Both the position numbers and the translations under genes were made by a program. Source: a virus (taxonomy: Duplodnaviria; Heunggongvirae; Uroviricota; Caudoviricetes). From it: 20,866 nt of DNA. The notes below the pieces were generated by a model. That model had not been told where the DNA came from. It saw nothing but the letters and a program-made list of their open reading frames with translations, and ran no database searches. Of this stretch, positions 8,381 to 14,924 are shown one piece after another (within the stretch, counting starts at the first letter, position 1; every line of letters starts with the position of its first letter). The stretch spans positions 1 to 20,866 of IMG/VR virus record IMGVR_UViG_2534682222_000015; one strand, 5' to 3'.

Positions 8381-8851
8381 CTAATAAAATACCCAATTTT
8401 CTGTTTCTTGGTTGTGTCCAAAGTTATATTCAATATCTGGTGTTGATGTATCAATATTTTTCATCCCATCAACAAGAGTTGATACAACAGCCAAATCTTG
8501 TTTTATTCTCATTAAATGGTATTTCTTCCGGCGCAATAAACTTTCAATAGCAAGTTTCTTCGTTGGGAATGCAAAAGATCTTTCTGCATTTTTTGCTACT
8601 TTCTTAATTGCATATCTATTTCTCTTTTGTTTCCATTCCTGTAACCACTGATTTGGTGCTGGTTTAAAATTAACAATCCAATGCGCAGGAACCAACCATG
8701 CATAATGCTCTGTTTGATGAAAAGCTATATATTGAAGTGCGAATATTTTGATTCCATCTTCTTCAACTGTCGACTGGAATCTCCAGAAAACAGGCATTCC
8801 ATCATGTTCAGTTTCTGATTCAGGAAAAGGTACGCTCCATGATTTTGTCAT
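8381..8851 (-). CDS. Hypothetical protein (156 aa), AT-rich gene flanked by two terminator-like hairpins (moron-like)
   Basis: GAGGTGA RBS 5 nt upstream of ATG; visibly AT-rich relative to neighbouring phage genes. Confidence 0.6.
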   Translation of the reverse strand: MTKSWSVPFPESETEHDGMPVFWRFQSTVEEDGIKIFALQYIAFHQTEHYAWLVPAHWIVNFKPAPNQWLQEWKQKRNRYAIKKVAKNAERSFAFPTKKLAIESLLRRKKYHLMRIKQDLAVVSTLVDGMKNIDTSTPDIEYNFGHNQETENWVFY

Positions 8852-8896
8852 ATCTCACCTCAAATAATTCAGTACAGTGTTTATTCTCTTGTTTAT

Positions 8897-8924
8897 GCCA
8901 AAAATAAAGGCCGACTATGCGGCC
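8897..8924 (-). terminator. Intrinsic terminator-like hairpin (GGCCG-loop-CGGCC + U-run) overlapping the stop of the 207-aa gene
   Basis: Inverted repeat 8909-8924 with A-run 8901-8908 on plus strand. Confidence 0.4.
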
Positions 8925-9538
8925 TCGGAAGGAAGTCCAATCATCTTATTCAAATCTTCTACCCGTAAAGCAGGAAGTGCTGTACTTGCTTTATCTGCTT
9001 CTTTTGGTAGCAACTCTTTGCTTTCAGGCCAAACTTCAATAAGTCGCTTAACTGTTGTGACTGAGTTCAAAGCAGCCCATACATTTGATTCGATATCCTT
9101 TTTCTTGGCTTCAAGTTTTTGTTGCAATGCGCAGATTTCATCAAACCTTTTTGTTATTTCGTGTTCTGCGCTAAACATGCATTTATCTTCGTTCGGAGCA
9201 GGGAGCAATATATCTTCGCCGTTGCCGTCTTTCCCATATGAAAGCCATCCAACCCTTCTGCCAGATACAGTCAGATAAATTGAAGTAGAACGAACATCGT
9301 ATGAGTAAAATGAACATCCCATCTTTCCAAGTTCTTCACTTATAGCTACCAACTTGGATGATAACTGATCCACTTCCTCAGTTTTCTTTTTACCGCCAAA
9401 CGCAATAACTCTGGCGTCAAGTGCAAGCTGGTTCTTTAACTTTGTTACTTCTTCAAGTTCAGTGAAAACCCCAGACTTAATTAAAGCGTTACGAGCGATT
9501 ATCTCTTTCATTCTCGTAGTTAAGCGGATTGATGACAT
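8915..9538 (-). CDS. Hypothetical protein (207 aa from MSSIRLTTRMKEII…), translationally coupled to N; occupies the sieB-like slot
   Basis: GAGAGGA RBS; only 11 nt after N stop; AT-rich; track ORF extends 20 codons further upstream into N. Confidence 0.6.
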   Translation of the reverse strand: MSSIRLTTRMKEIIARNALIKSGVFTELEEVTKLKNQLALDARVIAFGGKKKTEEVDQLSSKLVAISEELGKMGCSFYSYDVRSTSIYLTVSGRRVGWLSYGKDGNGEDILLPAPNEDKCMFSAEHEITKRFDEICALQQKLEAKKKDIESNVWAALNSVTTVKRLIEVWPESKELLPKEADKASTALPALRVEDLNKMIGLPSEAA

Positions 9539-9549
9539 ATTAATTCCTC

Positions 9550-9876
9550 TCAAATAAGTGGTTTGCTGCCTAATTTCATTTTCTGGCGACCAACACAAGT
9601 CACCCCCATTTCACTGCGTGGCTTGCTGTACCATGTGCGCTGATTCTTGCGCTCAATACGTTGCAGGTTGCTTTCAATCTGTTCGTGGTATTCAGCCAGC
9701 ACCGTAAGGTCTATCTGATTCAGTGCGCTTTCTACTCGTGATTTCGGTTTGCGATTCAGCGAGAGAATAGGGCGGTTAACTGGTTTTGCGCTTACCCCAA
9801 CCAACAGGGGATTTGCTGCTTTCCATTGAGCCTGTTTCTCTGCGCGACGTTCGCGGCGGCGTGCTTGTGCATCCAT
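9550..9876 (-). CDS. N: Antitermination protein N (lambda-like, 108 aa)
   Basis: MDAQARRRERRAEKQAQWKAANPLLVGVSAKPVNRPILSLNRKPKSRVESALN… matches lambda N from memory; AGGAG RBS; nutL upstream. Confidence 0.9.
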   Translation of the reverse strand: MDAQARRRERRAEKQAQWKAANPLLVGVSAKPVNRPILSLNRKPKSRVESALNQIDLTVLAEYHEQIESNLQRIERKNQRTWYSKPRSEMGVTCVGRQKMKLGSKPLI

Positions 9877-10048
9877 CTTGATTCTCCTGTCAGTTAGCTT
9901 TGGTGGTGTGGTAGGTGGGAGACCCATTTCGACCTGCTTCGGCCGACTTCAATTCGGCAATAGTTCCGCAGGCCTCGCCGCTTTACGTGCGACATATTCC
10001 CATCCATGAACCCTTCACCACACCCCAAAGCCTTCTGCTTTGAATGCT

Positions 10049-10078
10049 GCGCTTTTTCAGCGCCAGATTTTTAAGAGC
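10049..10078 (-). promoter_or_regulatory. nutL: nutL: boxB hairpin (minus-strand GCGCTGAAAAAGCGC, 10049-10063) and boxA-like GCTCTTAAA (about 10070-10078)
   Basis: Read directly; boxB differs from lambda nutL boxB (GCCCTGAAGAAGGGC) at the stem but keeps the GAAAAA loop. Confidence 0.65.
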
Positions 10079-10118
10079 TTCACCGTCCTGGTGAGTAGTG
10101 CGTCCTGCTGATGGAGCA

Positions 10119-10187
10119 ATATTCACGTATTGTGATTTAAATGTCAATCACGATATGTGTATAATTTATTTATCACACGATATGTGT
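10119..10187 (-). promoter_or_regulatory. PL promoter (-35 TTGACA at 10143-10148, -10 GAATAT at 10119-10124, minus strand) with three OL operator sites of form TCAC-N5-GTG(A/T) at 10123-10135, 10148-10160, 10175-10187
   Basis: Three similar 13-bp dyads spaced about 25 bp apart; same dyad family recurs in OR. Confidence 0.6.
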
Positions 10188-10258
10188 ATGTTTTTAGTGG
10201 GGTAAATAATTTCAAAAAAACGTGATATGCTCAGAAAAACATCAAAGAGGGCATTGTT

Positions 10259-10483
10259 ATGGGGCTGGGAATGGATATGGGTAGGGATGAACTGCTGGAA
10301 GACCGCGCAGCTTTCATCGCTGGCGAGATTGGCGGCGCGGTTGTTGAGTTGATTATCGGAGGGGTGGTGATTAATAGGGATGCGATTGTGGATAGCTTGG
10401 AGACCAAGAGGAGGGCGGTGGGTAATGTTATTCACAAGGGATTGCTGAGGGATGCTGCGGAGTTCGTGAGGAAAGGACAGTAA
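10259..10483 (+). CDS. Questionable small ORF (74 aa) in G-rich, C-poor spacer between OL and the rex-slot gene terminator
   Basis: AAAGAGGG RBS-like sequence 7 nt upstream of ATG; strongly skewed composition; may be non-coding. Confidence 0.2.
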   Translation: MGLGMDMGRDELLEDRAAFIAGEIGGAVVELIIGGVVINRDAIVDSLETKRRAVGNVIHKGLLRDAAEFVRKGQ

Positions 10484-10504
10484 AAACCCGGCGCGATGGC
10501 CGGG
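10482..10504 (-). terminator. Intrinsic terminator of the cI / rex-slot operon (CCCGGC-loop-GCCGGG + U5 on minus strand)
   Basis: Hairpin 10487-10504 immediately after the stop at 10511-10513, A-run 10482-10486 on plus strand. Confidence 0.6.
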
Positions 10505-10510
10505 TCACTA

Positions 10511-11353
10511 TTAAGGCTTCTTCTTATCGTGCTTTACTAGTGCTTTGTGTGTTTTCTTGATACTGCTTCTAACTTTTTGAATTTTATCTTGAGACAACTT
10601 AATACTCTCAGGTGCCGTTCCTGTGTTGGCAATCATTACATTTCTAACAGATCTTCCAACTGTTTCAGCGGCATTTTCAAGTTGCACCTGCCCCTTAAGA
10701 TTCTGGTTTCTTATTCTTGCTTCTGTTTGTGTTATTCGGAAAATGTTAGCAGCAAGTTCTTCGCTGCCCATAAAATCAAGCATTGTTCCATCTTTTTTAG
10801 TTAGTCCTTTGCGGGCTTTCAATTGCGTGAGATTCATGTTGTACATCCCGCGATATCCTGCATTTTGAAAAAGACCATAGTCTACTACGCCATGCTTATG
10901 TGCCACGTGGCTAAGAGTCTTTTCTCTTGAAGTGATTTCACCACGCAAATAAACTCGGTTAACTGCATCATGGTTATGATACGCCGCTTGAATTTCTGCT
11001 GCCAGACCAGCAAAGTATGCCTGAGCATTTGCAACTTTCTGATTGCTAATATCGCCATTCATTACAGTTAAATAGCAAGCAAATCGAGTTAATTTAAAGT
11101 CATTTTGCGCATTCTCAGAAGGCATCTGAATGAAGTTGTCGTAGACGGGGATATCAAGGTTAACGCATACAGACGTTGCCTTGTTGATGGCTTTTAGTAT
11201 CTGGTCCATACCATTATACCCAAGCATCATCGCCAGATCAGATGCGAACCAATAGGTAACACCATTCTCCCTGGCGAAATCATCAAATGTTAACTGTGAT
11301 GCGTCATCGAAAACGGTAATTTGCCTACTCATATCACACCCAAACTTACTCAT
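10511..11353 (-). CDS. Bro-N/KilA-N-like N-terminal domain protein, possibly DinD/RhuM-family (280 aa), in the position lambda uses for rexAB
   Basis: N-terminal motif …TYWFASDLAMMLGY… typical of Bro-N type domains; C-terminal segments (RFACYLTVMNGD, FQNAGYRGMY, MLDFMGSEELAANIFRITQTE) resemble, from memory only, E. coli DinD-like proteins; AAGGGA RBS. Confidence 0.7.
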   Translation of the reverse strand: MSKFGCDMSRQITVFDDASQLTFDDFARENGVTYWFASDLAMMLGYNGMDQILKAINKATSVCVNLDIPVYDNFIQMPSENAQNDFKLTRFACYLTVMNGDISNQKVANAQAYFAGLAAEIQAAYHNHDAVNRVYLRGEITSREKTLSHVAHKHGVVDYGLFQNAGYRGMYNMNLTQLKARKGLTKKDGTMLDFMGSEELAANIFRITQTEARIRNQNLKGQVQLENAAETVGRSVRNVMIANTGTAPESIKLSQDKIQKVRSSIKKTHKALVKHDKKKP

Positions 11354-11425
11354 TGAACATCCCTTATTTTAATATAAATTAGAAAAATTGTCCGTTGATT
11401 ATCGCAAGCCATTAGAGCTTGACCT

Positions 11426-11454
11426 CTCATCACCCAAACGTCTCATCAGGCCAC
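11426..11454. repeat. Direct repeat copy 1 (degenerate duplicate of the last about 30-45 bp of cI), 87 bp downstream of cI
   Basis: ctcatcacccaaacgtctcatcaggccac vs copy 2 cttatcacccaaacgtctcttcaggccac (27/29 identical), with further shared gcaacaacc nearby. Confidence 0.7.
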
Positions 11455-11512
11455 CATAAGCACGATCGCAACAACCGAGAGCAAAGTAACCACGCCTACT
11501 ATCAGATATTCT

Positions 11513-11541
11513 CTTATCACCCAAACGTCTCTTCAGGCCAC
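11513..11541. repeat. Direct repeat copy 2, spanning the cI stop codon and last 7 codons
   Basis: See copy 1. Confidence 0.7.
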
Positions 11542-12164
11542 TGTGACGCAACAACCTTACCAACAACCCGACAGTGCTCATTACACGGCATCATGGGGAA
11601 TTGAGGATTCAATGGCTGGAGAAATATCTGCCCGCTGTCCTTGATCAGTTTCTTAAACGTGAATTCATCGCCACCTAATCTGGCGATACAGAAATCACCA
11701 GGGTCAACCGGTTCATCTGGATCTACAAGAATTAGCATTCCTTCAGGGAAGCTAGGCTTTGAACCAGCAGGAGCCGTCATGGAATGGCCTTCAACCTCAA
11801 GCCAGAATGCATTGTCGCTGGCTTTCTTTGTCGTGCTTACCCATCTCTCTGCATCACGTTCGGTGAATGTGCGAAATTCAGGTGAGAACATACCAGCTTG
11901 TACATGCGAGAAAACCGGGTACTCAAATTTCTGGAATACTGGCCCATTGTCTTCGCCAAAAAGAATAAGCGAAGGAGACACCTTAAGAACCTCAGCAAGC
12001 GTTAACGCATCATCAGCGCTAACTTTTCGCGTGCCAAGCTCATAATTCCCCAGTCGTGAAGGCGCAGCCCAGCCGCAAAGGTTGGCTAACTTTGCTTGGC
12101 TGAGTCCTTTAGCTTCGCGAAGGGACTTTATCCTCTCGCCGATAATTTCATGCATAGTTTTCAT
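11517..12164 (-). CDS. cI: CI-type prophage repressor (N-terminal HTH, C-terminal LexA/S24-like autocleavage domain with GHSM Ser and FKK Lys); non-lambda immunity
   Basis: 215 aa; C-terminal domain resembles P22 C2 (GDSMTAPAG…PEGM.ILVDP…ATFKKL…PLNPQ.P); located divergent from cro across operators. Confidence 0.85.
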   Translation of the reverse strand: MKTMHEIIGERIKSLREAKGLSQAKLANLCGWAAPSRLGNYELGTRKVSADDALTLAEVLKVSPSLILFGEDNGPVFQKFEYPVFSHVQAGMFSPEFRTFTERDAERWVSTTKKASDNAFWLEVEGHSMTAPAGSKPSFPEGMLILVDPDEPVDPGDFCIARLGGDEFTFKKLIKDSGQIFLQPLNPQFPMMPCNEHCRVVGKVVASQWPEETFG

Positions 12165-12171
12165 GCCTCAA

Positions 12172-12243
12172 TAATATCACGCCATGTGATTGTGGTATCT
12201 ACACAATATGGTGTTGACAGTTAATCACATATCGTGAATAATT
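12172..12243. promoter_or_regulatory. OR/PR/PRM region: operator dyads TCAC-N5-GTGA at 12177-12189 and 12225-12237 plus weaker ACAC-N5-GGTG at 12201-12213; PR -35 TTGACA 12214-12219, -10 ATAATT 12238-12243
   Basis: Read directly; same dyad family as OL; classical three-operator divergent arrangement between cI and cro. Confidence 0.6.
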
Positions 12244-12269
12244 AATTCATCTAACCACTGGAGGTTGAT

Positions 12270-12485
12270 ATGAACAACATTGCAGAGCAGCGAAAAAAAA
12301 TTGGGATTTCGCAAGCCGCTCTGGCTTCTGCCATAGGCTGGGGGCAGTCGCGAATTGCCAATTATGAGCTTGATATCCGCACCCCTGGTCTGCCGGAAAG
12401 TCGCCTTATTGTCGAGGGCCTGAACCGTCTCGGTTGCAATTGCTCCCTTGATGACGTTTTCCCACCAACTACCAGCGCAGCCTAA
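12270..12485 (+). CDS. cro: Cro-like HTH repressor (71 aa)
   Basis: Small HTH (…IGISQAALASAIGWGQSRIANYE…) first gene of PR operon, opposite cI. Confidence 0.75.
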   Translation: MNNIAEQRKKIGISQAALASAIGWGQSRIANYELDIRTPGLPESRLIVEGLNRLGCNCSLDDVFPPTTSAA

Positions 12486-12493
12486 GTAACACC

Positions 12494-12526
12494 CGCTCTT
12501 ATCACATCTAAGCCCTGAAAAAGGGC
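12494..12526 (+). promoter_or_regulatory. nutR: nutR: boxA CGCTCTTA (12494-12501) and boxB GCCCTGAAAAAGGGC (12512-12526)
   Basis: Exact lambda nutR boxA/boxB sequences between cro and cII. Confidence 0.85.
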
Positions 12527-12605
12527 ATCAAATTAAACCACACCTATGGTGTATGCATTTATTTGCATACATTCAATCAATTGTTATCTAAGGAAATACT
12601 TACAT

Positions 12606-12884
12606 ATGCAACTTACAAGTACTCGCAAGAAAGCGAATGCAATTACAAGCAACATCCTGAATCGAATTGCTGTACGTGGTCAGCGAAAGGTTGCCGACGC
12701 GTTAGGGATTAATGAATCGCAAATTTCGCGATGGAAAGACAGCTTTATCCCAAAGATGGCCATGCTTCTGGCTGTTCTTGAATGGGGAGTTGTTGATGAT
12801 GAGATGGCGAGACTTGCTCAGCAGGTGGCATCGATTCTCACAAAAGAAAAACGCCCAGCTGTTGGTAGCAGTCTGGACGCTTAA
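12606..12884 (+). CDS. cII: CII transcriptional activator (lambda-like; 92 aa from MQLTSTRKK…)
   Basis: …GINESQISRWKDSFIPKMAMLLAVLEWGVVDDEMARLAQQVASILTKEKRPA… matches lambda CII from memory; AAGGAAA RBS; track ORF begins 20 codons upstream. Confidence 0.85.
   Translation: MQLTSTRKKANAITSNILNRIAVRGQRKVADALGINESQISRWKDSFIPKMAMLLAVLEWGVVDDEMARLAQQVASILTKEKRPAVGSSLDA
12639..12652 (-). promoter_or_regulatory. Candidate CII site (minus-strand TTGCTTGTAATTGC = TTGC-N6-TTGC) inside the 5' end of cII, possible PRE -35 region
   Basis: Exact TTGC-N6-TTGC consensus on the antisense strand; spacing to the conserved ATATGTAAGTATTTCC region differs from lambda, so function uncertain. Confidence 0.3.
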
Positions 12885-12910
12885 GCACACTGTGTTACGC
12901 CAAGTAACAG
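12842..12910 (-). ncRNA. oop: Candidate OOP-like antisense RNA overlapping the 3' end of cII (minus-strand -10 CATAAT at 12916-12921, terminator hairpin 12852-12879 + U-run 12842-12851)
   Basis: Hairpin CGTCCAG…CTGGGCG followed by TTTTTCTTTT on minus strand; promoter-like CATAAT about 70 nt upstream; architecture as lambda OOP. Confidence 0.35.
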
Positions 12911-12918
12911 GAGTAATT

Positions 12919-13323
12919 ATGCCAGGACAAACCAAGCAAGTAAACACCGGCATAAAGGCCGGTGACAAGTTCGAAACCGTATATCCATTTATCTTCGTAT
13001 GCACAGATTATCAGTCTTATGACGGCAACGTGCATACCGATGAGCGCTGGATTGGCGGTTGTCACAAAAATTATGAGCCAGCCGATTGTGGTTATGGTGA
13101 TCAGTGTTTTTACACCGCTGATGCTGAAGGAAAGAGAATTCTTGAGGTTCTGGCAGTGGTGGAAATGCCAGGCAACTGGCAGCGCAGAATCATTTATTCG
13201 TGCCACCTCATAGAGCCTGAAGGCAAGGAGAGGAAAGGAAGGAAGGCTTACACAGTCACCGAATCAAGGTTTTTAAAAATGTCTACTGGTTACTTCGCTG
13301 ATTACGAAGTAGAGGAGGCTTAA
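12919..13323 (+). CDS. Hypothetical Cys-rich protein (134 aa) between cII and the replication initiator
   Basis: AGGAG RBS; starts right after cII; 7 Cys residues; track ORF 12712..13323 overlaps cII upstream of this start. Confidence 0.55.
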   Translation: MPGQTKQVNTGIKAGDKFETVYPFIFVCTDYQSYDGNVHTDERWIGGCHKNYEPADCGYGDQCFYTADAEGKRILEVLAVVEMPGNWQRRIIYSCHLIEPEGKERKGRKAYTVTESRFLKMSTGYFADYEVEEA

Positions 13324-13469
13324 TGACAAAACCACTCAGTCCTTACCAGGACAAAATTCACAAACACATACTACGTGATCGCTTCCTGTCCAGCTTCAAG
13401 CAGCCTGGTCGATTCCGGGCTGAGTTGGAAAAAGTGAAGCTGATGCAGAAGGAGAAAGGTCATGAGTAA
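13323..13469 (+). CDS. Hypothetical small protein (48 aa; [21 protein letters not shown]…)
   Basis: GAGGAGG RBS; TAATG overlap with upstream stop and 8-nt overlap with O-like start. Not in ORF track. Confidence 0.35.
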   Translation: MTKPLSPYQDKIHKHILRDRFLSSFKQPGRFRAELEKVKLMQKEKGHE

Positions 13470-14322
13470 TCTTGCAACCGTAACACATTTAAGGCCTTCA
13501 CAACGGCCTGTGGAGCGTCGTGTGGCAGAAGTTGAAGATGGTTATACCCGTCTTGCAAATGCCCTGTATGAAGAGCTTATCGGCGCAGATTTAACGAAAA
13601 ATCAGAGCAAGGTTGCCCACGCCATATGCCGTAAAACATACGGCTACGGTAAAAAGATGGATCGCATCTCTGATAGTCAGTTAGCTCAAATTACCAGGCT
13701 GCCAAGACAGAAGGTAAACAAGGCCAAGAATGAGCTTATCGCGATGAAGGTTATCCTTCGCGAAGGCCAGCAAATCGGGCCTAACAAGAACATCGAGGAA
13801 TGGCAAATAGAAGGGTGTCACTACTCTGGTGATAATGTCACTGCATTGGTGACAAAAAGTGTCACCAAAACGGTGACAGCGCTGTCACCAAAACAGGGAC
13901 ACACAAAAGAAACTATTACAAAAGAAAAAAGAAATAATAAAAACACTATGTCCGAAAGTGTTCGGACGGAGTGTGAAAAATCACATGACCGTCACGAAGA
14001 AACCGACAAGGCATTCGAGGAAATATTCTGGTGTGCAGGCATGCGGAAAGCCGGGAAGAAAAACGCAGCTTCGGCATTCAGAACACAGTTCAGGGAATGG
14101 CGTAAAACTACCAGGGGTACGGCAAGCGAGTTTGCCACGATGCTGGCAGAAGACATCGCATGCAGGAATGGTAAGCAGTTCGGATTCGACAGGTTGTTAC
14201 CATCGAGCTACCTGAACGGTCAGCGCTGGAACGACGAAAAGCCAGAAACCATTCAACCACAATCCAAACCATCATCCGCAATCACCGTATCGAAAACTGG
14301 CTACGTGTTTTTCGACAGGTGA
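13462..14322 (+). CDS. O: Replication initiator, lambda O-like N-terminal domain (286 aa)
   Basis: …[58 protein letters not shown]…GPNKNIEEW… parallels lambda O N-terminus from memory; contains iterons internally. Confidence 0.8.
   Translation: MSNLATVTHLRPSQRPVERRVAEVEDGYTRLANALYEELIGADLTKNQSKVAHAICRKTYGYGKKMDRISDSQLAQITRLPRQKVNKAKNELIAMKVILREGQQIGPNKNIEEWQIEGCHYSGDNVTALVTKSVTKTVTALSPKQGHTKETITKEKRNNKNTMSESVRTECEKSHDRHEETDKAFEEIFWCAGMRKAGKKNAASAFRTQFREWRKTTRGTASEFATMLAEDIACRNGKQFGFDRLLPSSYLNGQRWNDEKPETIQPQSKPSSAITVSKTGYVFFDR
13815..13950. repeat. ori: Putative replication origin: GGTGACA / TGTCACC iteron dyads (13828-13841, 13848-13866, 13872-13889) followed by A/T-rich tract (13905-13950), inside the O-like gene
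   Basis: Repeated ggtgaca…tgtcacc units seen directly; lambda-type ori organisation (iterons + AT-rich) within the initiator gene. Confidence 0.65.
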
Positions 14323-14325
14323 ACC

Positions 14326-14433
14326 ATGAAATCAAAAATCAAATCGCTACTGGTCGCTGGTTATAACCACGGCTGGTTAAGTATTTCGTTTGTCGATTTC
14401 TGGTTTAAAAATCTCAATCTGAGGGAATCATGA
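14326..14433 (+). CDS. Questionable small ORF (35 aa; MKSKIKSLLVAGYNHGW…) between O-like gene and HNH gene
   Basis: AGGTGA 5 nt upstream of ATG; hydrophobic; low confidence. Confidence 0.2.
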   Translation: MKSKIKSLLVAGYNHGWLSISFVDFWFKNLNLRES

Positions 14434-14924
14434 TGAGCCTTGAAGTTGGAGAATATATACCTGGTTATGAGGGTAAATACTCTGTAACCAAAGACGGTCG
14501 TGTTTATTCACATTTAAGAGGCAGGTTTTTGAATCCATCTCCGGATAACAATGGTTATCTAAGAGTCACTTTGTGTTCCGATGGGATTCAGAAGACGTTA
14601 AAAGTTCATCGTCTTGTAGCTCAATTATTTATCCCAAATCCGTATTGCAAGCCAGAAGTAAATCATATCAACGGCGACAAATCGGATAACGCCATTTGGA
14701 ACTTGGAATGGTGTACCTGCTCAGAGAATTTAAAACATGCTTTTAGCATCGGACTGAAAAGCGCAAAGGGAGTTTTTAATGGTAGGGCAAAACTATCTGA
14801 AACTGATGTGATTGATATCAGGAATTCTGTTGGTATGAAACTAAGCGAACTATCCACTAAATACGGAGTGAGTGAAATGCAAATTTCCACAATCCGCAGA
14901 GGAAACGCATGGAGGCACCTTTGA
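14430..14924 (+). CDS. Free-standing HNH homing endonuclease (NUMOD4-like N-terminus GYEGKYSV…, HNH motif …VNHINGDKSDNAIWNLEW…)
   Basis: 164-aa ORF with the classical HNH_3-type motif; AT-rich; inserted between initiator and helicase genes, overlapping the helicase start by 16 nt. Confidence 0.8.
   Translation: MMSLEVGEYIPGYEGKYSVTKDGRVYSHLRGRFLNPSPDNNGYLRVTLCSDGIQKTLKVHRLVAQLFIPNPYCKPEVNHINGDKSDNAIWNLEWCTCSENLKHAFSIGLKSAKGVFNGRAKLSETDVIDIRNSVGMKLSELSTKYGVSEMQISTIRRGNAWRHL

Noticed and set aside
10166-10435. Minus-strand 89-aa ORF in the G-rich spacer
   Set aside because: No RBS; His/Pro/Asn-rich translation is a consequence of the C-rich minus strand; overlaps the OL operators.
11354-11425. 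Searched for a LexA box (CTGT-N8-ACAG) upstream of the possible DinD-like gene
   Set aside because: No match seen by eye; chromosomal dinD is SOS-regulated but there is no evidence of that here, and expression is more likely by read-through from cI.
11399-11604. ORFs 11399..11581 (-) and 11419..11604 (+) in the cI / rex-slot intergenic region
   Set aside because: Both are generated by the duplicated cI 3'-end segment (internal repeats HPNVSSGH / RRLGD in the translations); no RBS; overlap the cI stop.
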